Shown: one piece after another, positions 51,364 through 62,399 of the stretch
How the letters are laid out: each line of letters begins with the position of its first letter
How positions within the stretch are numbered: the stretch's first letter is position 1
Source of the DNA: Syncephalis fuscata S228
Taxonomy: Eukaryota; Fungi; Zoopagomycota
Assembly: GCA_025786725.1 (NCBI GenBank)
Contig: JAHLTZ010000002.1
Location: 806,001-870,000 of the forward strand
Direction of reading: 5' to 3'
Length of the DNA: 64,000 nt
Notes under the pieces: model-generated
Seen by the model: the letters and a program-made list of their open reading frames with translations, nothing else
Told to the model about the DNA's origin: nothing
Databases searched by the model: none
Translations under genes and position numbers: made by a program

Positions 51364-53214
51364 ATGATAGCAAGAAAAGCAAAGCAATTGACAATCTTTA
51401 CACTGTTACTACTTTGTTCAACACAACATTTTGCCGTAGACAGTGTCAAAGCATATGAAAATGATTTTCACACATGGCCTATCCCATCTCGTCCCTACAT
51501 TGGTTCTAAAATTACTGAAAAGCCAGTTTATGTAACACCTTATTACGTATCCACTGGTGTTAAGACACTTCACGACATAGGCATCAAAGGAAAAGGTGTA
51601 AAACTTGGAATTATTGACAGTGGGATTCGCGTACACATGACTGCATTTAAGGGAAACTATAAGCATTATTATAAACATGTGCCTTATGAAGATAGCCAAC
51701 TTAAAGAGTCATCTGATTGTAATGAACGCGGTATAAGTCTGACTGGAATTGCCGTTGGAAAAACCGATTATTTTACTGGCGTTGCACCCGAGGCAACCCT
51801 TGGCTCCTATCGCGTATTTGACTGCCAAGGTCCAACTTCAACCTCACTGGTGTTGCAAGCCTTAACAACTGCAGTATACTATGATAAAATGAACATTATC
51901 GTGTTGCCGGAAATTGCAACTTTAGATGAAAATGGCACCAAACTGAGGCGGGCAATAGAAAATGCTGCGGGAAAAGGTGTAATTATGATTGTTGCAGCAA
52001 CAGCCAATAATTTTGTAAATCAGCAACACTTTTCATACAAAGACCTTCCTGTATTAAGCGTTGGTGGAGCTAGACAAGACTACCGTCTATCGCATTGGTT
52101 TAAAGAGAAAACAACTGGACGTCGTGTTGAGTTTACATCTCCATGTTCAAACCTGGAATATGATTTTGACAAAGAAATGGATATTATTCCTAATAGTTCT
52201 ATTGGTAACTTGAATGAGCATCTTAACGGGTTTAAAAAAGGTGGCATTGCACTTGTTTGGTATAAAAAGAAAGAAATAGATGCCATGCTACAGCTTGCTA
52301 AATCAGCAGAAATGACTGGGCTTATCATCGTAAATGGCATTTCAAAAAAAATAAATAAAAGTAAATGCGATATACCTTTATTCAATATTAGCGAAGATGA
52401 TGCTTTATTTATAGAAGAAGGTTACAAGGATGGACGTGGATACAAATACGCTTTCAAAGGAGAGTATGGCTACATTGAAGATGGCAATGTCACTGTCGAC
52501 ACAGCTGGACCGCAGGACAAACCATTTATACCGCCTTTCTATCCTGACATCTTGGCACCAAGTCATAGGATTTACACCACTACCATTAGTGAACTATTTA
52601 ACAAACCTTATTTCAGCGATATATCAGCTGCTGTTGCCTATGTTGCTGGTGCAGCTGCATTGATAGTTGAACACAATCAATATAATTTGAATAACGCTAT
52701 ATATGTCAAGAATTTTTTGCAAAATAATGCAATTCCAGTCAAACAGAATAATGTAGATTATTACGCTTCTGTCTTACACCAAGGTGCCGGCATAATTAAT
52801 CTTAACAAATTGATAGATGTTGCAAATATCCTTGTTGCCCCATCGTCAATTAATATGGGAGATACGTATGCCAACATAGTGAATGTACCAATTAAAATTT
52901 CACCTCTATCATCAACATTATTGTCGTATAACCTTTCACATATTCCAATTGCTGCAGTTCCAAAAGTATCATATTTTATCGATATGTCATTGAGGCCACC
53001 TGTGATTGCAGATGTTTTCCTTCCAAAATCAATTAATTTACTTCCAAATCAAATAAGCGAGGTTATTGTAACAATTATTCCTCCGACAAATATACTGCAA
53101 AATGAGATATGGTCATATTCCGGGTATATTGTAATTGATCCTAATCCAGGAGTCAATGGATCACCATCGAGGCAAGCTGTTTATGTTCCGTATCAAGGAA
53201 CAGTTAAAGGCTAA
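51364..53214 (+). CDS. Secreted S8 subtilase-like protein with PA insert, catalytic His lost, copy 1
   Basis: Signal peptide; GKGVKLGIIDSG, GVAPEATLGSYRVFDC, PDILAP, QGAGIIN, YSGYI; CNERGISLTGI replaces CNGHGTHVAGI. Confidence 0.88.
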   Translation: MIARKAKQLTIFTLLLLCSTQHFAVDSVKAYENDFHTWPIPSRPYIGSKITEKPVYVTPYYVSTGVKTLHDIGIKGKGVKLGIIDSGIRVHMTAFKGNYKHYYKHVPYEDSQLKESSDCNERGISLTGIAVGKTDYFTGVAPEATLGSYRVFDCQGPTSTSLVLQALTTAVYYDKMNIIVLPEIATLDENGTKLRRAIENAAGKGVIMIVAATANNFVNQQHFSYKDLPVLSVGGARQDYRLSHWFKEKTTGRRVEFTSPCSNLEYDFDKEMDIIPNSSIGNLNEHLNGFKKGGIALVWYKKKEIDAMLQLAKSAEMTGLIIVNGISKKINKSKCDIPLFNISEDDALFIEEGYKDGRGYKYAFKGEYGYIEDGNVTVDTAGPQDKPFIPPFYPDILAPSHRIYTTTISELFNKPYFSDISAAVAYVAGAAALIVEHNQYNLNNAIYVKNFLQNNAIPVKQNNVDYYASVLHQGAGIINLNKLIDVANILVAPSSINMGDTYANIVNVPIKISPLSSTLLSYNLSHIPIAAVPKVSYFIDMSLRPPVIADVFLPKSINLLPNQISEVIVTIIPPTNILQNEIWSYSGYIVIDPNPGVNGSPSRQAVYVPYQGTVKG

Positions 53215-53609
53215 GCAAACTAGATATAGATTTGCCTATCATTATTTTACTATTTCATTAGCATTATTGCTTTTACAAATAAATTAGCTAATAAATTATT
53301 TTACAACTTAATAGTTATTTAATGTAATTCAATGGTTTAATACTTGTATTTTTATAAGTTATTTTGCTTATACACACACTATAACTTCAGCACCATTATT
53401 CATACATTGTATTTGTCAAATCATTCACTTATATATTATTAATTATGTTTTGTTACTAATTATTTTATTTGTATACTTAATTCGTTTAATTGAATAAGTA
53501 ATTGCGCGCTATAATTGCATAGCAATGTCCATTTATTTATAAAAACGTATTATTCATCTGTACACTGCCGAATCTGATCGTGAGCAGATGATCCTAATGT
53601 AAAAGACAT

Positions 53610-55141
53610 CTAATCAAATCGTTTAATTTGCGAAGCGTCAAATCCTGGCATAGGGAAGGTTGTAGCAAAGTCAATAACGTCCTTGCGAAGAGCGGTAATA
53701 TCGTCATTGGTCTTCAATACAGCCACAAAGTCCTTAAGCAGCTTGCTGCCTGCCTTTTCTTGGGCAGACAAAGCAATCTGAACAGCACGGTGCAAGAATT
53801 CAGCAACCTTGACAAAGTCGTCATCCTTGAAGCTGCGGGAAGTAAGAGCAGCAGTACCGATACGACAGCCGCCTGGAGTTAAAGCGCTCACATCACCGTG
53901 TACCGAGTTTTTGTTAATGGTAATATGGACCATGTCGCAAATCTTTTCAAACTTGCTACCAGTTAACTTGACAGGACGCAAATCCCATAGGATAAGATGG
54001 TTATCGGTACCGTTGGTGGCAATCTTGTAGCCGTAGCCGGCCAATGCCTCGCCCAAACGAGTAGCGTTGGCACGTACTTGTTTAGCATATTGGCGGAATT
54101 CTGGTGTACCAGCCTGCTTTAGTGCAACAGCCACAGCAGCAATCGTGTTGTTGTGTGGACCACCTTGGTTCGAAGGGAATACGGCCTGGTTGACACGTGC
54201 CTCAAGGTCGGCTTTGTCGCCTTCGCCGTTTTTGCGGAAGAAAATAAGACCAGCACGTGGACCACGCAATGTCTTGTGTGTCGTCGTAGTAACGATATCG
54301 CAGTAAGTGAATGGGCTTTCAGCTTCTTCGCTAGCAACCAAACCGCTGATATGTGCAATATCGGCCATCAAATAGGCACCATGCTGATCAGCAATCTTGC
54401 GGAAACGAGCATAGTCCCATTCACGTGGATAGGCACTAGCACCGCAAATGAGCAGGCGTGGACGGAAAAGTTTGGCATTTTCCTCAAGACGATCATAGTC
54501 ATTAGACCAGTATCATGATCAACTTGGTACGGCATCGATTGGAAGTAGATCGAGCTTGACGAGATCTTCTTCTTTGCTGTTTGGTAGCCGTGGGTCAAAT
54601 GGCCACCCGATGGAAGATCTAGACCCATTAAACGATCCTGTGGTGAATCATAGCCGTGAGTGCACAAAAGTTGGCTGTGCTGCCTGAGTACGGCTGTACA
54701 TTGACGCCCCATTCCTCTGGATTCAAGCGGAAGGCCTTAAGAGCACGTGCACGACATAGATTTTCAATTTCATCAATATATTCATTGCCACCATAGTAGC
54801 GAGCACCGGGCAAGCCTGTAAATTATTTTATGCCATTAATCACTGCTGACGTCACAGTCATTTTTATTACTTACCTTCAGAGTATTTGTTGGTCAATGCC
54901 GAACCATTTGCCTCCATTACCGCCTGAGAAGTAAAATTCTCAGAGGCAATAAGCTCTAGACCAGAGAACTGGCGATACTTTTCCTTTTCAATCAAGTCAT
55001 AAATTTCTGGATCCTCTACTTCCAAAGAAGTATTCATGGACTTGTTCTAAGTTGTAATAGCATTGTTATGGTCAGTAACACGTGGACAACTATTATACTG
55101 GTACTTACCCAAGAATCGACAGAAGCGTTCGTGACAGACAT
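53610..55141 (-). CDS. SHM2: Serine hydroxymethyltransferase, cytosolic type (3 exons; two apparent 1-nt deletions)
   Basis: [49 protein letters not shown]-Lys motif [12 protein letters not shown]; no mitochondrial presequence. Confidence 0.95.
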
Positions 55142-55459
55142 ATTGATAGCTTTGTTGAATAAACAATAAGGCAGTAGCAGCAATAGCAACAGCAAGTGGT
55201 AGACCAAGTCCAGCAAATAAACAACGACAAGAGGTGAGAAAAGAAGTCGTTTAATGGTCTTTTTGTCAGGATGCTTTATAGCAACAGGTAAAAAAAATTT
55301 CTTACCATGCCAACTGTTGATTGGATATAGCGATCACATCATCGCATCTTGTACTTCACGTGACTTTTAGTTTTTAGTATGGATAAACAGTAGATCCTTT
55401 CTTGTAGTCGCTATTACTATTGTTATTGTCTAAACTGCTATTAAATACGCGTAACAGCT

Positions 55460-57213
55460 ATGGCGCAACACTGGAGCGAGCTACTGGATTCAATAGTGCA
55501 GGCCTCGGGACGCGTGGCAGCAGTTGATTTAAGTGGTAAACGAACCACTAATCACTCTACCAACTGGAATGCAGCTGGATCGCGTATAGCAGGCCAACAT
55601 GAACGCGCATTGTTTACCGACGAACAAGGAAACGTTATCTCTGGCGACCCTAGCAAAGCAGCTATTTACAAGTAAGGTGTAGAGGTAGAACAGCTATTGC
55701 TATACTAATTTCGCCGATTTGAATAGCCAAATCACACAGCTTAAATCGAAAACACCATCTGAAAATGAGCAAAATATCCACAAATTATTTGATGCTGTAT
55801 TGGCCTTAATGGAAGTTTGGTAAGAGTAGCGAGTATTGATGGTAAGGCAATATCTGATATAAACATAAACAAATAATAGCTATTCAGCTGAAGCGCAAGA
55901 GTTATTGGATGAAATGAAGAAGCGATATGAAAGCGTCTTTAATGATATACAAGGACTGGAGAATAAGCTGGAACAGGTAAAAATAAAGCCAAGTCATAAA
56001 TTTATTAATTGATTGCGTATCTAGAGAGAAAGAGAAGAAGAAAATAGAAAACGAAAGAGCGAAGTAATAGAAGATGAGGATGAATCGGGTCAAATTCAGG
56101 CAACCATAGAGAAAGAGCAAAAAGATATTAAAGAACTGGAGCGAGAAATATCAAAATATAAGAAAAAAGTAATTGTTTGTGCAATAATTGTATTAATGTA
56201 TTAATTATAAATTATATAGATGGAATCTATTGATGCGACTATAGCACAATTACAGGAGGTTAACGAACAAGCTGAAGCAGCTGAAGTGGCCGCAGCATCA
56301 ATTGATAACCAGACATCAAATATTGCCACCGTTGAGGTAAATACACAATAGGGATATTTTATGAATATTTATTAAATAAACTGTTTGATAGATGATCGAT
56401 GAAATGAAAGCAGCCATTAAGAAGCAAGAACAAGCACTGGCTAAACTTGGTTAGTTAGTGGATACAACTATACAGCTGACTATTTACTTTTTTGTTTATT
56501 TATCTGGTTATTTAGATGAAGAGGAAGAGGCTATGGCAGAAGAAACAGATTCTTGGATTGATTCTGTGTCTGCACCACTCGCTTCTACAAAAGCATTGGA
56601 GAAGCTAAGACTGGCAGTAAAGCGAGCAAAAGTAAGCTATTTCTACTAAAAGTAATGTATGAGTGTTAATAATACACAAATAAAGGGATCAATAACCAGT
56701 GAAGCATCAATGGATATTTCAAAAAATGTAAGTTATTTGTTATTATTACACACTAACTTATTTTTTGTCATTTAGACATCTGTAAAGGAGCAATTAGATA
56801 GTATTACAGCCGAGACTGAGCAATGCTTGCTATTAAATACTGATACTGAATTAGCCAGGTAACTATATATATATATATGTATATATTGTTCATTGATTCT
56901 AAATAAACACTGTCATAGAAATATTTCAGAATGGCTGGTCGATCGAGTAGCATCGGGTGATGTTAAAATGCCTGCGACAAGTGGCAGTGCAGCGTTATCC
57001 GGAGAAACGATTATGGCCGCGTTGGTTCTGCAAACCTTACAGTCCAACCAGGGAGAGCTTTCATTTATACAACTAAAGGAACAAGTGTTACATCACGCGC
57101 TTGACCAACAATGTGATGCCCAACAAGCAGTGCGAGCCGTCTATACACTCGTGGCCAATGCGCTCGTGGACATTGACCGCAGCACACGAGATAACACAGT
57201 ACGATTAATATAA
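55460..57213 (+). CDS. DASH/Dam1 complex subunit Spc34-like with long C-terminal extension (multi-exon)
   Basis: HERALF motif and KLFDAVLALMEVCYSAEAQELLDEMKKRYESV resemble Spc34; then coiled coils and a terminal AVRAVYTLVANALVDIDR domain. Confidence 0.6.
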
Positions 57214-57224
57214 AACAAAGCTAT

Positions 57225-57738
57225 TTAATGATGCAGCGGACGGAGCGGTTCCGCTTTAATATTTGGATAATCAATAACTGAATCAACTTCTGTGTCTACT
57301 TCACCAACGAGTACACTGTATTGTTTGTTATAAAGTTAATTAAAATGGTTGTCGCTGTCTATTTAGCACCTATTGCTACTACTACTACTGCTGCTGCTAA
57401 TAGTAATAATAATACTTACACGTTATCTCCACGAACGACGTATAGTCCCAATGGAACTACTTCGACACCTTCGTCGGCAGAAAATACGCGTTCATAGCAT
57501 CGCTCCATAATAATGTTTGTTGTCTGATCAAATCCTCGCAAGATTCCCTATTGGCGCTAATTAGTGATTCAACAAAAGATAACACGCTATAACTTACCAG
57601 GATAACACGCCCGTCGGCAGTTACCACCGATATGAGTTCTAAACTGAATTAATATATATACACCTCTTACAATGTCATAAATGCGCCAACAGATCAGTAG
57701 AAAAGGATACGATCAACAAATTTGTCAAGTGCTGACAT
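57225..57738 (-). CDS. LSM8: U6 snRNA-associated Sm-like protein LSm8 (4 exons)
   Basis: MSALDKFVDQLISVVTADGRVILGILRGFDQTTNIIMERCYERVFS...VPLGLYVVRGDN...VGEVD...IKAEPL. Confidence 0.95.
57639..57710 (-). other. LSM8 intron 1 with U12-type 5' splice site
   Basis: Donor GTATCCTTTT, phase 1, 72 nt, ends TTTAG; restores the frame D-Q-L. Confidence 0.75.
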
Positions 57739-58664
57739 GTTGCCACGCGGTAACAATAAAGGACACAATGGTCGTTTCTACCTTGGAGTAAAGATGTTAC
57801 TGGTTGTATGAATGTTCAACAAAGAAAAAGCAAGAGACGAGTGGTTGTTGTGTTGAAGCTACGCAATTGACGTGGTGTTTAATTTTCAATTTGTAATTAT
57901 CGAAATTGCATCAATTTACATGACACGCAAACAATCCAATAATTTTACTTGTTTATAATGTTTTAATAATCATTGATGGTGTAAATATACCGTTATTTAC
58001 TTTGAATATATGTTAGTATAGCATGGTTGTTGCTATCATGACTGAATAAATTGTTATTTATGTTTATATATTAAAACATGCATTTACTTTTATTAATTAT
58101 AAATTTGCTGTAATAGCGTTTGAAATGATTAAAGTCGTTTATTTGATCTATATTATTGTGCTTTATTATATATATTATTATTTAGCAGACATGAAAATGG
58201 CATGCAACAGTTTATGTATGTTCAATTTATTCTATTTATAAATGATTGCCAAACTATATATATATATTGATGTATAATCTACGACCAACCAATTTCGTTA
58301 AAGAAAAAACGATAAAAAGATGAGGTGGTTGATTAAAAAGAAATAACATCGCATGGTAATTACTAAACAGCGTTTAAAATAAAAATTTGAATTATCAATA
58401 ATTTGTATTAGCTGCCGCTTTATCCTTATATTATTCTGGACACATGCTTTGAACATTCTAATTGATAATATAAATTGGCATGTAACACATGCCAACACTC
58501 TTTTGTATTATTTCGTCATTTAAGTTTAAAAACAGCCACCAAATATTTATTCAAAGTATTTTTTCTACCTCGTATACAACGTCTCATCCTTTATTTTCTT
58601 TTTATCGACATTTTTTATACAGTTAGATTATACAATTATTTTCGATACAACAGTTAGTTGCACA

Positions 58665-60515
58665 ATGATAGCAAGAAAAGCAAAGCAATTGACAATCTTT
58701 ACACTGTTACTACTTTGTTCAACACAACATTTTGCCGTAGACAGTGTCAAAGCATATGAAAATGATTTTCACACATGGCCTATCCCATCTCGTCCCTACA
58801 TTGGTTCTAAAATTACTGAAAAGCCAGTTTATGTAACACCTTATTACGTATCCACTGGTGTTAAGACACTTCACGACATAGGCATCAAAGGAAAAGGTGT
58901 AAAACTTGGAATTATTGACAGTGGGATTCGCGTACACATGACTGCATTTAAGGGAAACTATAAGCATTATTATAAACATGTGCCTTATGAAGATAGCCAA
59001 CTTAAAGAGTCATCTGATTGTAATGAACGCGGTATAAGTCTGACTGGAATTGCCGTTGGAAAAACCGATTATTTTACTGGCGTTGCACCCGAGGCAACCC
59101 TTGGCTCCTATCGCGTATTTGACTGCCAAGGTCCAACTTCAACCTCACTGGTGTTGCAAGCCTTAACAACTGCAGTATACTATGATAAAATGAACATTAT
59201 CGTGTTGCCGGAAATTGCAACTTTAGATGAAAATGGCACCAAACTGAGGCGGGCAATAGAAAATGCTGCGGGAAAAGGTGTAATTATGATTGTTGCAGCA
59301 ACAGCCAATAATTTTGTAAATCAGCAACACTTTTCATACAAAGACCTTCCTGTATTAAGCGTTGGTGGAGCTAGACAAGACTACCGTCTATCGCATTGGT
59401 TTAAAGAGAAAACAACTGGACGTCGTGTTGAGTTTACATCTCCATGTTCAAACCTGGAATATGATTTTGACAAAGAAATGGATATTATTCCTAATAGTTC
59501 TATTGGTAACTTGAATGAGCATCTTAACGGGTTTAAAAAAGGTGGCATTGCACTTGTTTGGTATAAAAAGAAAGAAATAGATGCCATGCTACAGCTTGCT
59601 AAATCAGCAGAAATGACTGGGCTTATCATCGTAAATGGCATTTCAAAAAAAATAAATAAAAGTAAATGCGATATACCTTTATTCAATATTAGCGAAGATG
59701 ATGCTTTATTTATAGAAGAAGGTTACAAGGATGGACGTGGATACAAATACGCTTTCAAAGGAGAGTATGGCTACATTGAAGATGGCAGCATTACTATTGA
59801 CTCAGCTGGACCGCAAAACAAACCACCCATACCACCTTTCTATCCTGACATCTTGGCACCAAGTCACGAAATTTATACTATCGTTCTTCGTCAGAAAAGA
59901 AGCGAACCTTATTTTAGCGATGTATCAGCTGCCGTTGCCTATGTTGCCGGTGCAATTGCATTGATAGCTGAAGCAGATCCCAATAGCTCGCTTGACATTG
60001 TGTATATCAAGACTTTATTGCAAAACAGTGCAGTCCCAATTAAAGCCATCAATACAAATTTCTATATTTCTGCATTATATCAAGGTGCTGGCATGATTAA
60101 TCTTGACAGATTAATAGATACTGAAAGCATTTATGTTTTTCCATCTTCAATTGATGTGGGGGATGGTCGTGTCCACGTAATGGAGGAGCTGATCAATATT
60201 TTATCTCCATCTGCCACACCAATACCATATAAACTCTCACATATTCCAACTGCTGCAGTTTCAAAATCATCGCATATTATTGATATGTCATCAAGAACAC
60301 CTGTAGCAGCACTTGTTTCCCTTCCAGAATCTATTAACCTACAGCCAAAGCAGACCATCAAGGTCGCTATAAAAATTAGCCCTCCAACAAATATATTGAA
60401 GGGTGAAATATGGTCATATTCTGGATATATTGCAATTTATCCCGATCCAAAATTCAATAGATCACCATTAAATCCTCCTGTTTTTATTTCATACTATGGA
60501 ACAGTTAAAGGCTAA
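58665..60515 (+). CDS. Secreted S8 subtilase-like protein, catalytic His lost, copy 2
   Basis: 616 aa like copy 1; identical for the first ~374 codons, diverged after. Confidence 0.88.
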   Translation: MIARKAKQLTIFTLLLLCSTQHFAVDSVKAYENDFHTWPIPSRPYIGSKITEKPVYVTPYYVSTGVKTLHDIGIKGKGVKLGIIDSGIRVHMTAFKGNYKHYYKHVPYEDSQLKESSDCNERGISLTGIAVGKTDYFTGVAPEATLGSYRVFDCQGPTSTSLVLQALTTAVYYDKMNIIVLPEIATLDENGTKLRRAIENAAGKGVIMIVAATANNFVNQQHFSYKDLPVLSVGGARQDYRLSHWFKEKTTGRRVEFTSPCSNLEYDFDKEMDIIPNSSIGNLNEHLNGFKKGGIALVWYKKKEIDAMLQLAKSAEMTGLIIVNGISKKINKSKCDIPLFNISEDDALFIEEGYKDGRGYKYAFKGEYGYIEDGSITIDSAGPQNKPPIPPFYPDILAPSHEIYTIVLRQKRSEPYFSDVSAAVAYVAGAIALIAEADPNSSLDIVYIKTLLQNSAVPIKAINTNFYISALYQGAGMINLDRLIDTESIYVFPSSIDVGDGRVHVMEELINILSPSATPIPYKLSHIPTAAVSKSSHIIDMSSRTPVAALVSLPESINLQPKQTIKVAIKISPPTNILKGEIWSYSGYIAIYPDPKFNRSPLNPPVFISYYGTVKG

Positions 60516-60689
60516 GCAATTTAGATATAGACTATGTTTAACGCTATTCTGTTATTTTATTGACAATATTACAATAAATTAGCAAGTAAACCATATACAT
60601 TTTGTAAACAGTTTTATTTAACTAATTTTCTTAATATAATGTATTAATGATATAGTATATGTGTCATTTAGCATTATGCAGGTCATATA

Positions 60690-60870
60690 AAGCTTCAAGA
60701 ATCTATTTGAGGTGCTGGCTTAAAGCATATGCACAAAAGAATGGGTTTAACGTGCTTTTAATTGTTGAGTATAACAGCTCTAAACCTGTCCCACTTGTCA
60801 AGCTCGAAGTTTAAAAACATTCAAAACAATTGATAATTCAAGTTTGTATTAGCACCGTAATCATCTAAAA
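60690..60870 (+). mobile_element. Possible MULE/FAR1 transposase N-terminal relic
   Basis: Broken frames giving LKAYAQKNGFNV and a downstream H-x-N-H-like segment. Confidence 0.3.
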
Positions 60871-61429
60871 ATAAAGTGTCATGGGCTTCTAAGGTACTAT
60901 AGTTTATAGACTGAATACCAAATAAATATTTTATTTTAACATTTAACTTATTTGTAGGTGCACAAACCAAAATTTAAGAAAACTTATGAAACTTTTACTG
61001 GTGTATGATTGTGGCATTGTGACTTGGCTAATGCTTTGAGTTTTAAACATATTCTTGAAAGTCTACGATTGAGCGGTATTATATTAGATTAGTTTTGAAG
61101 AAGCTAATATTTCTTAACGTTTATCAACTTTAAATAATATGGCAACTATAATGATCACTTCTAATAACGGTTACTGATTTTATTAATACTTTTTTATTTT
61201 ATTTTACATTTTGTACCTTCAAGTAACCGCAACAACATTGCCGTATCTGTTGGTTGCATTAAGGACCTAATTAGACTTTTAAACAATAGACCTTACACTT
61301 GCCTATTTATTTTATTGTAAATCAATTGGCCATATCGATTGTGTTTATTAATGGCAGTACAAGGTTGTGAAACCCAGAAATCAAGGCTATTCACCTATTA
61401 ATAGGGGAGCTTGTTATAAGCATTTAGAT

Positions 61430-61867
61430 CATTTAGCCGGTCAGCCTTGGCCAGATCACATGCTGGAACAGGGGACTGCATGAATTACTGCATGCACGCA
61501 CGGGCATGCTTTGCCATATCCATGCGAACAATGATGCCCAAGAGTGTAGATACCAGCTAGACAGTATGAAAGCTACCCATGTACTGCATTTCGTGTATTA
61601 GCACACTGATATGTCTCGGTGCTTGTACACCAAGGATTTGTATCCATAGTTATGACTAAAACAGTGGCTACGGGCCAGCAACAAACTGGTTTGTGTTACA
61701 AATGGAGATTCAAATATCTCCTTGATGCCTAATCCGGTAAATACAGATCCAATTTTGGACAGGGAAGGAATTGTGGCTGCGCAAGCAAAAGACGAATAGA
61801 AAAAGCAACGAAATAAAAACGGAATTAAATTTTCTTCTTCATTCGTAGGTAGATTAGCCATTTTCAT
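61430..61867 (-). mobile_element. Possible MULE transposase C-terminal relic (SWIM finger)
   Basis: GC-richer island with broken frames; CSHGYGKACPCVHAV resembles SWIM CxC...PCxH. Confidence 0.4.
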
Positions 61868-62399
61868 TCATGGCTAAGTTATGGTTGGTGGGTTGATTGG
61901 CTGACTAGCTGACTAACTGACTGATTAATTCATCATTAGACGATTAAATAAGCAATAAAACTACGCGTATTTGTACAATAACGTAAAATAAATCATTCAT
62001 TTATTATGCAAGTAGAGATAATACAAGTATTATCGACATGGGGCATTTCAAAAACCACGACGAGTAATAGCGATCATGCCTATTTACCTGTATCTATACT
62101 TGTATGTAGATAGAAATAAAACCATGACCTATGTGTTCAATTCAGCACATGTTTAGAAAGCCATGTGTGCACCCTGATACACAGCATGCCATTAGATGAT
62201 TGATGTCGAGTAAAGCGTGCTAACCAGCAAGTAATTCCTGACACCGCATGAACAAGCATGGCAATGGCCATGGTAATTGCTGTTATCATTGCAGCATGGC
62301 TTGTGTATTATGCTATCCAACAACAAAAACAACACCACCAGTAATTATCCTTTTTCTCGACGTAGTCACCACATGTGGAGCAAATAGGCGAATGAGTTG

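Noticed and set aside
54490-54650. Programmed frameshifting or pseudogene status for SHMT
   Set aside because: No slippery site or other decay; matches the window-wide 1-nt deletion pattern
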